The position numbers and the translations under genes are program-made. Source: Blepharisma stoltei ATCC 30299 (lineage: Eukaryota; Protista; Ciliophora). From it: a stretch of 64,000 nt of DNA. The stretch covers positions 434,001 through 498,000 of the forward strand of contig CBFDEM010000025.1 of the NCBI GenBank assembly GCA_965603825.1, given 5' to 3'. The notes beneath the pieces were generated by a model. It was not told the origin of the DNA. It made no database searches and worked only from the letters and a program-made list of their open reading frames with translations. This document shows, piece by piece, positions 40,701 through 53,176 of this stretch. How positions within the stretch are numbered: position 1 is the stretch's first letter; every line of letters begins with the position of its first letter.

Positions 40701-41117
40701 TTAGCATGCCCAGATGGCTGCACAGAATGCACTTCATCAATAAATTGCACAGCATGCAAAAGCGAGTTTTATTTGCATGATTATGGAGATATTGTAAACT
40801 GCACATGTAATAATAATTTAGCTTGCGATCAGTCAACTTATTTATGTGGAAATCGTACAGAGCTAGCTTGCAGCAATTCTTCAGTTGGGTTTGAGCTTGA
40901 TTTCTATGAAGGAAAAATAATGATTAATTTCGCAGCAAATTTAGGAAGGACACTACAGAAGAATAATTTTATTATCAAGTATGGGGATAATAAGATATAT
41001 GATACCTCTTCTAGTACCTTAGAGTCAATAGACAATTTGCACTATTATATTCATACAACTTTAAGTGACTGTGACCTACCAATAAATGTTGATCTGCGTT
41101 TTAATCTTGTAGCCTAA
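37785..41117 (+). CDS. Secreted furin-like Cys-rich repeat protein (~1100 aa): signal peptide, acidic pro-region, RRL, ~15 type B repeats, soluble C-terminal domain, no TM
   Basis: Single open frame from ATG 37785 to TAA 41117 with TGA=Trp (38322, 38469, 39753, 39924, 40068) and 15-nt introns 40690-40704 and probably 40807-40821; the track ORFs starting 37785, 38559, 40095 and 40773 share one frame. Confidence 0.88.
40690..40704 (+). other. 15-nt spliceosomal intron
   Basis: GTAATAACTAATTAG, A at position 10; removal deletes the in-frame TAA and restores VCTACPDGCTEC. Confidence 0.9.
40807..40821 (+). other. Probable 15-nt intron, in frame and stop-free
   Basis: GTAATAATAATTTAG, A at position 10; same position and phase as intron 2984-2998 in the paralogue. 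Confidence 0.7.
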
Positions 41118-41789
41118 AACATCAATAAAATAAGTAGGTCCTGATATGATAAATAATATATTTTGAAATATTTGAGGTTAAGAATGATTATATCTATATA
41201 AAGCTTTGCAAAATTTCTGGATTTAGATTAAAAATTATGAAGTCCAGATTATTGCATAATTCTTCTTACAAGTCTTTCATCTAAATTAATTGTATAGCAA
41301 TCATGTCACGCTTCTTCTAAAGATTCATAGCCCTATTTGCATCGTCTAAATTTCGATTCTTCGCTGCTTACTCTTTAGAAATTATTTGAAATTTAATAAG
41401 AGATAATCCTTTGCCTAATAAGACCTTCGCAAAGTTAATCATGGCTTTGAGCTAGATTTTATAGTAACTTTTGTTTTTTCAAATACCTTCAGCATTTATA
41501 ACATTAAGAAAAATCGATTCTTCTATAAATTTTATAAAATTATAGGAGGTTCTTTGATAATTTGAAAAACTATTTTTATAATATTTATTTGGCTAAGCTC
41601 ATTTAAATCCTGATGTATAATAATATTATAGCACTCATCTTAAATAATACTTTTCTTAAGACTTTTACAAAACTAAATAAAAATTAAGAATTCAAAGATA
41701 ATCTGCTTTAGTTTTTATTAATGCAATTAAACTTATATCTGATTAGGATCGCAGAGTACATGTATACTCTTACATAAAATTTCATATTT

Positions 41790-42900
41790 ATTCGAATTCA
41801 GTTATGGTCTTAAAGCAAAAATTTGAGTACTAAATGGTGTTTAAGAGTATTCTGAGTCCAACGATTCATATGAACTTTTTGAGCAATTTTGAAAGAGCAT
41901 TTTATAGATAAACAAGGAGATCCAATATATGTATGGTTCAAAAACTAGAAAACCCTCGTCGGCGGTTAAGGAGGTATTAGAGCTTGCGCCGCATAATAGC
42001 CTGCGAGCTAGCCCTTACGATTTCGAATCGAATGGCCTTATAAAAACAAAATCAATAAAAGCAGGGAAAAGATGCAGATGGAGTGCTTATGATTTGACCT
42101 CAAAAATGGCTACCCATGCATCCAAGTCCAAAGTCTTGTGCTCCAAACAGCATGGATAATCCTGGCCGCATTGCTGGCGAAGCACTTACAAAAAATTTAG
42201 ACAGAATTTCATTGAGTCACAAGAAGTAAAGCCTTTAGATAACAGTATAGCTGTTGAAGCTTCACAAAGAGCTGTTTTATAGCTTACCTATAACTAAAAT
42301 GGCGTTAAAGGTGTATGCAAAAGCCAATGGTGCGAAATAGACTCATTTGAAACTAGAGAAGAAAAATAGCTGACAGAGTGGCTAGGATTTTCTTAATGAA
42401 AGGAAAGCCTACGCTCCAAAAAGGCACTTAAAGTAATTTTTTACAACCTAAGGGCTGCAAGATCATCAAAAACTCAAAATTTGGCTGATATAGTCTCTCA
42501 CTAGTTTCTACAAGTCAGCTGCTAAGGGACCAAATTAATGTCAACTGAAGATATAGTCCCTGACTTTATTATAACCAAATTAGTATGAAATAGACTTCAA
42601 TAAATAAATTACAAAATAAGCGAATGGACTTTAGAAGGATTATCAAAATCAATTGAACAAATAAGATTATTAAAAGAATTCAAAATCCAGCCAACTCATG
42701 TCTTTTTCTTTATAAGTTAGATGGATTATGATATGAAGGAAAAAAACAAAGATTTAGGCTCAGTCGCTTGAAATTTTAATGTCGCTTTAATTCCAGAAGA
42801 TCAAGACTTAAGAGAGAAAAGACTCAAAATTATAAAGAGCATTCCATAAAGCTGCATGCAGGATTCACCAACTTTGGGATGAGCATTAAAGTAGATTAAA
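41790..42900 (+). pseudogene. Adenylate-kinase-like (AK8-type, tandem AK domains) pseudogene, copy 1
   Basis: Fragments YELFEQ..IDKQGDPI (docking-domain-like), NGYPCIQVQSLVLQTAWIIL, DIVPDFIITKLVWNRLQ..EWTLEGLSKSIEQIRLLKEFKIQPTHVF; many stops and deletions. Confidence 0.55.
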
Positions 42901-43699
42901 GAAAATTTCATATTTGTTCCTATAATCTCCATTTAATTTCATTTGAAAACTCATTTTCGATAGAAAGAATCTCCAAATTTCCTTAATTTATTTCTAATAA
43001 TGCTAATATTAAAAGATAAATTTTAAGTTCTCTTAATCTTTTAATTTTTTGCTTACATTTTATTCTTTCAATCACAGCTTATATTGACAATAACGACGGC
43101 AATCAGAAAATCTTAATCAACTATATTCTTAATCATGTATTTTATTATAAAAATTGATTTTATATCCTAGAAATACGAAAGATCTAATAGCTGAAGTTTA
43201 ATTAAGTTGAGATATATTTAGTTTTAGTTTTAATTTTATTAATGACTTACTTATTTAACTAATAAAGAAGTATAATAAAAAATACAAAATCTCAATGTGA
43301 TCTTGTTCAGATATGAAAAATTGTTCCATGTGTGGAACCCAAAATCCACATGTGAAGCCCCAATATTTGAATGCTTTGCATTAGAATTTGGATTCGAAAT
43401 AGGAATAATTTTTCATGTCTCATCCTAATCACAAATAATCCAACGGATTATAAATTTGTTTGAATATGGAATTTAATAATTTTTAATTGATTCGGTAAAA
43501 TCTCTATTAATTTATTTCAACAGAAACATACTTGCGAGATTTGAACTATTCTATATCCACTTTAAATCAAAGCAGCCTAATAGAATAATTATTTTAATGA
43601 TTTATATTAATGCTATTAATAACTTATAAGGATGAGATCATTATTTTCTAATAAATCATAGCAAGATTTATATTTCAATTCTTGCTATTCTTATCTCAT

Positions 43700-44420
43700 A
43701 TGATTATTCGTTGGATTTTTATCAATATTTTCAATTTCCTTATTTTATTTGGTTTTTACGTGTGTTTTATTTGCATTTCCTTCTTAGCTTTTTCATTAGC
43801 TTGAATTTTTTTGAGTGCTATTTCTTGTAATCCTTGGATCTTTCTTTAATATTCCGCAACTCCTTTCCTTAATGGATTGCACTTAACAATATTACATCAA
43901 TTTCTGCACCTCAAACTTTTTATAGCCGTATAATTTACTGTTAATCGCTTTAAGATCCATTTCGAATGTATCTTCTTGCCCATATACTAAAAGTTTTTTT
44001 GAAGATCTTCAATTTTTCCATAAAATAAACTTTTTTGATTGCTTAATGCTATTCTCATTTAATAATAATTTTGCTCTGCAGGATGAAAATAGTAAACTAG
44101 CTCAGATAAAGTATCAAAATTCTTCCAACTATATTTTCTAAATAAAATGATCAGAGGGCTATTCGATCTCACTCATTTTAAACTTATCGATTGTTCCAGA
44201 TAAGTTAATGTATAGTGATTTTATTTGAAGGCCCAAGAGATTTTTCACTCTTCATGATTTTTCTGAGTATTATTTCTGTGAGTTCTGGTCTTCCAATATG
44301 TTTAAATTGGTGATTCATCGAATTATAGATATAAAAACAATAAAGAAAATTTTCCTTGCTTTCAAAAATTGTCTATTCAGCTTGAATTTTCAAATATATC
44401 TAATGATAAGCTGTTGAAAA
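43700..44420 (-). pseudogene. Degenerate older paralogue of the 44994-45962 gene
   Basis: Reverse strand gives NHQFKHIGRPELTEIILRKI, matching NREFKMIGRPELTERMLRRI. Confidence 0.65.
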
Positions 44421-44993
44421 TTTCTCTTATTCATTATTTAAATTACTTAATAAACTAATTTATTTGGGATTATTAAAGATTATGTTTCTAAGCATAATTT
44501 AAATAAGAACGACCGATTTTATATATTATAATGCGAAAAGTGTAAGAATTAATGTTTTATATGCTATAGAGATTCTTCATTGATCTAAACAACTTGATTT
44601 TCAAATCAACTATTTTCGAAGAATAGAAAAAGTTTAATAGAGATAATTCGTCCAAATCACGAGAAATATTTTTGGATGCAATCTCTTTATAATTCAAATA
44701 GAAAATTCGATATTAAAAGATTAATAGTTTTAATTTGATTAATCCATAGACTTTTTTGCTGTAAAAGCAAATGGCTGATAAAATCTAAATTCATTATAAT
44801 TAAATTCTTTAAGGTAAAAATTAAAATTTAGCGAAATATAATCATCTCTTTGCTTATTTTCTTATTTCATGAAATTCTTTGACACTATTTTGATGCAGTG
44901 TTGCCTTCTTTAAAAATTAATATTATAAAATTCTGATTTGCTAAAATAAAACATAAAACATTTAATAAGAGTGAAATAATCATTTTATTATAC

Positions 44994-45962
44994 CTAATAT
45001 TTTGTAAAAAATTGATCAGGATTCAGGTCATTATAATCTATCAAACCATCACAGAATTTTTCTATCTTTGCAATATCAGGATCTTTATAAGTAGGATCTA
45101 TATTATTTATAGCATTGCTAGGATTTTTATCAGTAGGATCTATATTATTTATAAGATTTTCAGGATATTTTTCAGTATTTATAAGATTTCCATCTTTTTC
45201 AATCTTCATTTTTTTTTTACTTATATTTTGAATTCTCTTCATTGATTTTAATTTTTTGGGGCGATTAGTATTTTGATTTTTAAGTTCTCTTCTTTTTCTC
45301 TTTTCAACAGTATTTAATGCGACTATTTGCTCTCCTTTATCTGCATAAGGAACCGCAGTCAATAAAATAGCGTCAACATAATAGTTATAATTTAGCATGC
45401 AATAATCACTATTTTTATCTTTGACAACTTTCAGCATATTCAATTTTTCATTAATCATTTTCAAATTTACTTTAATCTCACCCTCATATTTCGTCATCCA
45501 TGATTGAAAATTTTCTTCAAAATGTTTTATCTTTACATTGAGATACATGCGATAAAGCCCAATGCTATCTTCGTTTAAAACCTGTTTTGCCTTATATGCT
45601 GTATATAAAAGAAACCTCTCTGCATATGTATCAAAGTTTTTTCATACTAAGTTTTCTAAATAAATTGCCCATAGTGCAATCTCTAGCTCATTTAGCATAA
45701 GTTCATCAATAATTCCTGATAAGTTTATATATAAAGGTCTTGCTTGGAAATCCTTTGGGATGCGATCATATTTTGTGATACGCCTAAGCATTCTCTCTGT
45801 TAATTCTGGCCTTCCTATCATCTTGAATTCCCTGTTTAAACGATAATAAGCATTTAAGGAGCTTATTATGTCCATTTCTCCTTGTAGCCTTTCAATCTCA
45901 TTCGGTTGTTCACTTTTTGCTGCCAAAATGCTGCTGTTGCTTAAAAAACTCTTTAAGCTCAT
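44994..45962 (-). CDS. Hypothetical protein (322 aa), Lys-rich C-terminus with short 14-aa NIDPTDK repeats
   Basis: Track ORFs 45642-45962 and 44994-45548 are in frame and joined by TGA=Trp (YLENLV-W-KNFDTY); ends in TAG. Confidence 0.8.
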
Positions 45963-47126
45963 TTTATTATTTTGAAACTCTTACTTTTATGATCTGATAG
46001 ATAATTTTTTAAAATGGAGAAAATGGACTCTATCGGTATTTAAAGGTATTTGATATTTATCTAAGAATAAAAAAGATTGATATAAAATAGATATAGAGAT
46101 AATAATTATCTGCTGATTAATATTAGAATAATGAATAAAGAACTGTGAATTCTTTAAGTAATAGTTGATATAAGATCTACAGGTCTAATATTTGAAATTT
46201 TTACGTTGTGATCATTTATGAGCTTTAGTGAGAGTATCTTTTCTTTTATTCATGATATTATTGACTCTTTCCCATATAAATAGACCATTTTTTACAATTT
46301 TCCAATAAATTATTTATATGAAAAAAAGGGTTAAGTATGCTCTTGCTTAGTATTCTCAAGTATGTTTAATTCATGAAATTTTGGACTTAAACATCAATCC
46401 GTAATGAAATATTAATGAGCAACTATAATGAATGAATAATAAACTCAGTTTGAAAATAATAATTTATTATTATTTTTTTATTTTTCATTATAAATATAAT
46501 TTATGAGCTTCTGTTGAGATAAGTAACTGTGATCTGCCAATAAATGTTGATCTCGTTTTAATCCTTTAGCCTAAAACATCAATTAAATAAACAGGCTCTG
46601 ATATGGTAAATAATATATTTTGAAATATTTGAGGTTAAGAATGATTATATCTATATAAAGCTTTGCAAAATCTCTGGATTTAGATTAAAAATTGTGAAGT
46701 CCAGATTATTGCACAAGTCTTTCATCTAAATTAATTGTATAGCAATTATGCCCGCTTCTTCTAAAGATTTATAGCCCTATTTGCATCGTCTAAATTTCGA
46801 TTCTTCGTTTCTTACTCTTTAGAAATTATTTGAAATTTAATACAAGATAATCCTTTGCCTAATAAGACCTTCACAAAGTTAATAATGACGCTAAGCTAGA
46901 TTTTATAGTAGCAGCATTTATAACATTAAGAAAAATTGATTCTTCTATAAATTTTATAAAATTATAGAAGGTTCTTTGATAATTTCGAAAAGTTATTTTT
47001 ATAATCGTTAGCCAAACTAATTTAAATCCTGATGCATAATAATATTATAGCAAAACTAAATAAAAATTAAGAATTCAAAAATATGTATACTCTTGCATAA
47101 AATTTCATATTTATTCGATTTTAATT

Positions 47127-48300
47127 ATGGTCTTAAAGCAAAAATTTGAGTACTAAATGGTGTTTAAGAGTATTCTGTAAAAAGCTCTTTCAAAATTGCT
47201 CAAAAAGTTCATATATTTTCTGATTCAAAAACTAGAAAACTCTCGTCGGCGGTTAAGGAGGTATTCGAGCTCTCGCCGCATAATAGCCTGCGAGCTAGCC
47301 TTACGATTTCGAGTCGAATAAACTTATTAAAACAAAATCAATAAAGCAAGGTAAACATGCAGAAGGAGTCCTTATGACTTTACCTCAGGGCACTTATTTT
47401 ACTGGGGAAACAGTTCTTGATATTATAGTGCCAGATCAAGGCAAAGCTAAATCTTAAATGGTTGCCCATACATCCAATCCAAAGTCTTGCGCTCCAAGAG
47501 GCATGGATAATCCCAGGCTACATTGCTAGCTAAACATTTATTAAAATTTAGACAGAATTTCATCGAGTCACAAGAAGTAAAGCCTTTAGATAACAGTATA
47601 GCTGTTGAAGCTTCACAAAGAGCTGTGATAGAGCTTACCTATAACTAAAATGGTGTTATAGATGTTACAAAAATCAATGAAACGAAATAGACTCATTTGG
47701 GATTAGAGAAGAAAAATAGCTGACAGAGTAGCTAGGATTTTCTTAATGAAAGGAAAGCCCAATGCTCCAAAAAGGCACTTAAAGTAATTTTTTACAACGT
47801 AAGGGCTGCAAGATCATCAAAAACTCAAAATTTGGCTGATATAGTCTCTCATTAGTTTCTACAAGCCAGCAGCTAAGAGACAAATTTAATATCGGCTGGC
47901 GATATAGTCCCTGACTTTATTATTAGAAAACGAGTATGAAATAGACTTCAAGAAAAAAATTCCAAAAAAAGCGAACGGATTCTAGACGGATTATCAAAAT
48001 CAATCGAACAAATAAGATTATTAAAAGAATTCAAAATCCAGCTAACTCATGCGTTTTTCTCTGTAAGCTTAGATGCATTAGTATATTAAGGAATTGTACA
48101 AAGAGCTAGATAGACTCAGCCACTGGGAAATTTTAATGTCGCTTTAATTCCAGAAGATCAAGACTTAAGAGACCGGTTAATGACCCTTAAGAAGATTCAA
48201 ATGAAGCTGGTAAAAAAGTCTCAAAATTATAAAGAACACTCCACAAAGTTGCATACAGAATTCACTAACTTTGGGATGATCATTAAAGCAGAATTAAACA
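47127..48300 (+). pseudogene. Adenylate-kinase-like pseudogene, copy 2
   Basis: Duplicate of 41790-42900; GDIVPDFIIRKRVWNRLQEK..ILDGLSKSIEQIRLLKEFKIQ. Confidence 0.55.
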
Positions 48301-48799
48301 AAAATTTCATATTTATCCATAGAATCTCCATTTAATTTCATTAGAAAATTTCATTAAAAAATTTCATTTTCGATAAAAAGATCCTCCAAATTTCCTTCAT
48401 TTGTTTTCTAATGGTGCTAATATTAAAAAGTAAGTTTTAAATTCTTTTAATCTTTAAATTTTTTGCTTATATTTTATTCTTTCAATTACCACTTATATTG
48501 AAAATAACGACGGCATCAGAAAATCTGACTCAACTATATAAAATTGATTTTAAATTTGTATAGATTTTTTGGATATGGAATTAATAATCTTTAATTGATT
48601 CCGGCAAAATCCCTATTAATTTATTTCAACAGAAATTAAATAGCAAGATTTGAACTATTCTATATCCACTTTAAATCAAAACAGCCTATATAAAATAATT
48701 ATTTTTTATTGATTTATATTAATGCTATTAAAACTCATAAGGATGAGATCATTATTTTCTAATAGACCATGGCAGAATTTACATTTCCAATACTTGCTA

Positions 48800-49560
48800 T
48801 TCTTCTCTGATATAAATATTCGCTACATTTTTATCAATATTTTCAATTTCCTTATTTTACTTGGCTTTGGCGAATATTTTATTTGCATTTCCATCTTAGC
48901 TTTTTTCATTAGCTTAAATTTTTTGTGTGTATTTTCTTATAATCGCTGTATCCTTCTTTATCTTCCGGAGTCCTTTCCTTAATGGATTATGCTTAACAAT
49001 ATTACACCAACATAATAATGTAACTCAGAGTCCTATAATCAATTTCTGCACCTCAAACTATTTTAAGTGATACAATTTACTGTTAATCGTTTTAAGATCG
49101 ATTTCGAATGCATTTTCATGTCCATATATGAAAATTTTTTTGAAAATCTTCAATTTTTCTATTAAATAAAATTTTTGATTGCTTAATGCTATTCCCATTT
49201 AATAATAATTTTGCTCTCTAGGATGAAAATAGCAAACTAGCTCAGATAAAGTATCAAAATTCTTCCAACTATATTTTTTAAATAAAATGCTCAGAGCGCT
49301 ATTTGGATCTCACTCATCTTAAAATCGTCAATTGTTCCAGATAAATTAATGTATAGTGATTTTATTTGAAAGACCCAAGAGAGCTTTCACTCTTCATAAT
49401 TTTTCTGAGCATTATTTCTGTGAGTTCTGGTCTTCCAATAAGTTTAAATTGGTGATCCATCGAAAATAGATATAAAGCAAGAAAGAAATTTTTCTCGCAT
49501 TCAAAAATTGCTTATCCAACTTGAATTTTCAATATATCTGAATGATAAGCTGCTAAAAAT
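48800..49560 (-). pseudogene. Degenerate paralogue of 44994-45962 (duplicate of 43700-44420)
   Basis: Reverse strand reads HQFKLIGRPELTEIMLRKIMKSE. Confidence 0.6.
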
Positions 49561-50150
49561 TTCTCTTAATTCATTATTTGAATTACTTAATAAGCTAATT
49601 TATTATTGCATTTTATTTGGAATTTATTAGACATTAAGTTTCTAGCATAATTTAAATAAGAACGATAGATTTTTTATATTATAATGCGAATAAGTTTAAG
49701 AATTAGTGCTTTATATACTATAAATATCCTTCAATTGATCTAAAAACTTGATTTGAAAATCAAATATTTAGAAGAATAGAAACAATTTAATAAAGATTAA
49801 CTTAGTCCAAATCATGAGAAATATTTTTTATGCAATCTCTTAAAAATTTATTAATAATTCAAGTACAAAAATTCAATAAAATATCAAATCAGATTTTAAA
49901 AGATTAATATTTCAAATTTGATGAACTCATAGACCTATTTGCTGTAAAAGCAAATGGCTGATAAAATCTAAATTTCATTATAATTAAATTCTTTAAGGAA
50001 AAAATTAAAATTTAACAAAATATAATCATCTCTTTGCTTATTTTCTTATTTCATGAATTTATTTGACACTAAAAATTAATATTATAAAATTTCTGATTTG
50101 TTAAAAAAAATAAAACATTTAATAAAAGTAAATTAATCATTATATTATAC

Positions 50151-51088
50151 CTAATATTTTGTAAAAAAATGATCAGGATCCAGGTCATTATAATCTATCA
50201 AACCATCACAGAATTTTTCTATCTTCGTAATATCAGGATCTTTATAAGTAGGATCTATATTATTTATAACGTTGCCAAGATCTTTATCAGTAGGTTCTAT
50301 ATTATTTATAAGATTCCCAAGATCTTTATCAGTAGAATCTATATCATTTATAAAATTGCCATCGTTTTCAATCTTCTTTTTTTTTTTACTTATCTTTTGA
50401 GTTTTTTCAGTTGATTTTATTTTTTTTGGATGTTTAGTATTTTCATTTTTAAGTTCTCTTCTTTTTCTCTTTTCAGAAGGCTTTAATATGACTATTTGCT
50501 CTCCTCTATCTGCATAAGGAACCGCAGTCAATAAAATAGTGTCAACATAATAGTTATAATCTAACGTGCAATAATCACTATTTTTATCTTTGACAACTTT
50601 CAGCATATTCAATTTTTCATTAATCATTTTCAAGTTAACTTTAAAATCACCCTCATATCTCGTCATCCATGATTGAAAATTTTCTTCAAAATTTTTCATC
50701 TTTAGATTTAAGTACATGCGCAAAGGTTCAATGCTATCTGAGTTGAAAAACTGTTTTGCCTTATATGCTGTACTAAGTTTTCTAAATAAATTGCCCATAG
50801 TGCAATCTCTAGCTCATTTAGCATAAGTTCATCAATAATTCCTGATAAGTTTATATATAAAGGTCTTGTTTGGAAGTCCTTTGGGATTTGATCACATTTT
50901 GTGATACGCCTAAGCATTCGCTCTGTTAATTCTGGCCTTCCTATCATCTTGAATTCCCTGTTTAAACGATAATAAACATTCAAGGAGCTTATTATACTGA
51001 TTTCTCCTTGTAGCCTTTCAATATCATGTGGCTCTTCACTTTCTGCTATAAGAATGCTACTGCTGCTTGAAAAACTCTTTAAGCTCAT
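50151..51088 (-). pseudogene. Duplicate of 44994-45962 frameshifted by a 43-bp deletion
   Basis: gctgTActaag at ~50767-50777 versus gctgTA-(41 nt)-TActaag at 45598-45651; the rest of the frame is intact. Confidence 0.85.
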
Positions 51089-53176
51089 TTTATTATTTTG
51101 AAACTCTTTCTTTTATGATCTGATAGATAATTGTTTAAAATGGAAAAACGGATTCGATCGGTATTTAAAGGTATTTGATATTTATCTAAGAATGAAAAAG
51201 AATGATATAAAATAGATATAGAGATAATAATTATCTGCTGATTGATATTAGAATGATGAATAAAGAACTGTAAATACTTTATAATAAGTTCTATAAATTC
51301 TAACAGGTATAATATTTGAAATTTTCACTTTTTGATCATTTATAAGCTTTTAGTGAGAGTATCTTTTCTTTTATTCATGATATTATTGACTCTTTCCCTT
51401 ATAAATAGACCATTCGTTACAAATTTCAAAATAAATCATTTATTAGAAATAAAAAAATGAAGGGTTAAATAATGCTCTTGCCAGTATTCTCAAGTATGTT
51501 TAATTCATGAAATTTTGGACTTAAACATCAATTCATAATGAAATATTAATGAGCCAATATAGTTTAATGATGTTTGCTTGCCAAAAATAATGTGCTGCAA
51601 AAATTTCTGATATTCAGAAATTTGTTGTTTTCATTTAATCGTTTATGGCAAAATTTGATATAAAAACTTATAATTTTATCAATATACATGCATTAGTATA
51701 TTTGATCTGCTTAATCAATTAAAGTAAAGACATCAGAATTACTTTCAGACTTACAAATTAGATAGCTTATAATTTAATTTGGATTTAATTTATATTGCAT
51801 TGTAAAATTTATATTGAACTATAAAAAAGTGATAGTTATTAAAAAATTCAAAAAATTTCTGAATAATCACTAAATTGATTTATCTCTTTAAAGCTTCCAT
51901 ATACACTACTGATAAAATCTAAATTTAAATTATAAATTCAAAAATTTGCTATACTGCATAATAGATGATTAGAATTTACTTTATAAAATTATACAACTTT
52001 AAACAGTCAAAAAACACTTGAAAATATGCAAAGGTTCTTTATCCTCTCTTAGAAAAAATACTTCAGACCGCCAACTTCAGTATCGTGTAAAAATTGCTTA
52101 CAAAAATAAGCATCAGAAAAACAAAGCAAACATTTTCTGGTTAGAAATTTGTTGACAAACTAAAATAAAATAAATCGTGTAAAATTCTTATAAGTCAAGA
52201 AATTTGGTAAACCAACATAGTTTAGTCATATATCGAATGCACCAAAATTAATTTAATTGACCATATTTTTTGGTTTAAAGTTATTTGCACTTTATTTCTT
52301 AAATTCTTCTCAAATCAATTATTTTGTGATGATGCTTCAGTAAGTGAAGCAGGTTTTCGCATGGAGATAAGCAAGGATTCTCTCTTAGAGGAATAAATAA
52401 ATCTATTTTTTGGACTAAATATAAGAGTAAATTCTCAAACTTTATTATTATGCTCAATATATATAACTTTTTAAAATTATTAAATTGTTTGATGAGGTTT
52501 TTATCGCTTTTTTAATTTTGGATAGCTCGCTATTTCAATTCATTGTTTCTTTTTCTTCTAGCGTTATCAATATCAATAAAAAATCTGAAATTTAACTTCA
52601 AAAATATTTTTTCTTAAAATTAAGTCGATTCTCTATCTTGCTCTAATTGTCTTTCTATGGCATGATATTTCCAAAGCCTTCTTTCATTGGTAGATATGGC
52701 TAAAAGCATAATCTATCTATTAAATTCAAAGAAATATCTAAAACCCTCGAAAATCGAAAAATTGATACAAATTTTGGTCATGAATAAGTATAAGGGAACT
52801 AACGTTTGCATGCATATACGATTAATCCTTGCATTCTGAGTTGAAATACTGCTTCATCTCCATTTCCTATTATTTATAAAACATATTCGCATTCTATATT
52901 ATTTAAGCTGAATAAATTATAGACAAGCTATTTAAATGTATATCAAAAGATATTTTTTAAAAATCAAAGCGCATACCTAATCTAAAAACCAAATAATTTT
53001 GAAAAAGAACCTTAAAACTCAAAATAGTTATTAAAATTTATTTAATTATCATTTTAGTTATATACTGCTAATACTTCAAAACGTTGATATTGAAATAAGC
53101 ATCCAAAATTTCAGATATTTCCTAAATTTAACGTATATAAAATATAATTAGCCAAATTTATGATAGAAAAGGTTAT

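Larger units (their letters stand above)
41062..46427. repeat. ~5-kb tandem segmental duplication, copy 1 (copy 2 ~46520-51556)
   Basis: Copy 2 begins with the last ~55 nt of the 37785-41117 gene (gtgatctgccaataaatgttgatct..gcctaaaacatc) and stays colinear to aatgaaatattaatgagc. Confidence 0.93.
46520..51556. repeat. ~5-kb tandem segmental duplication, copy 2
   Basis: Colinear with 41062-46427, with indels and one micro-inversion. Confidence 0.93.
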
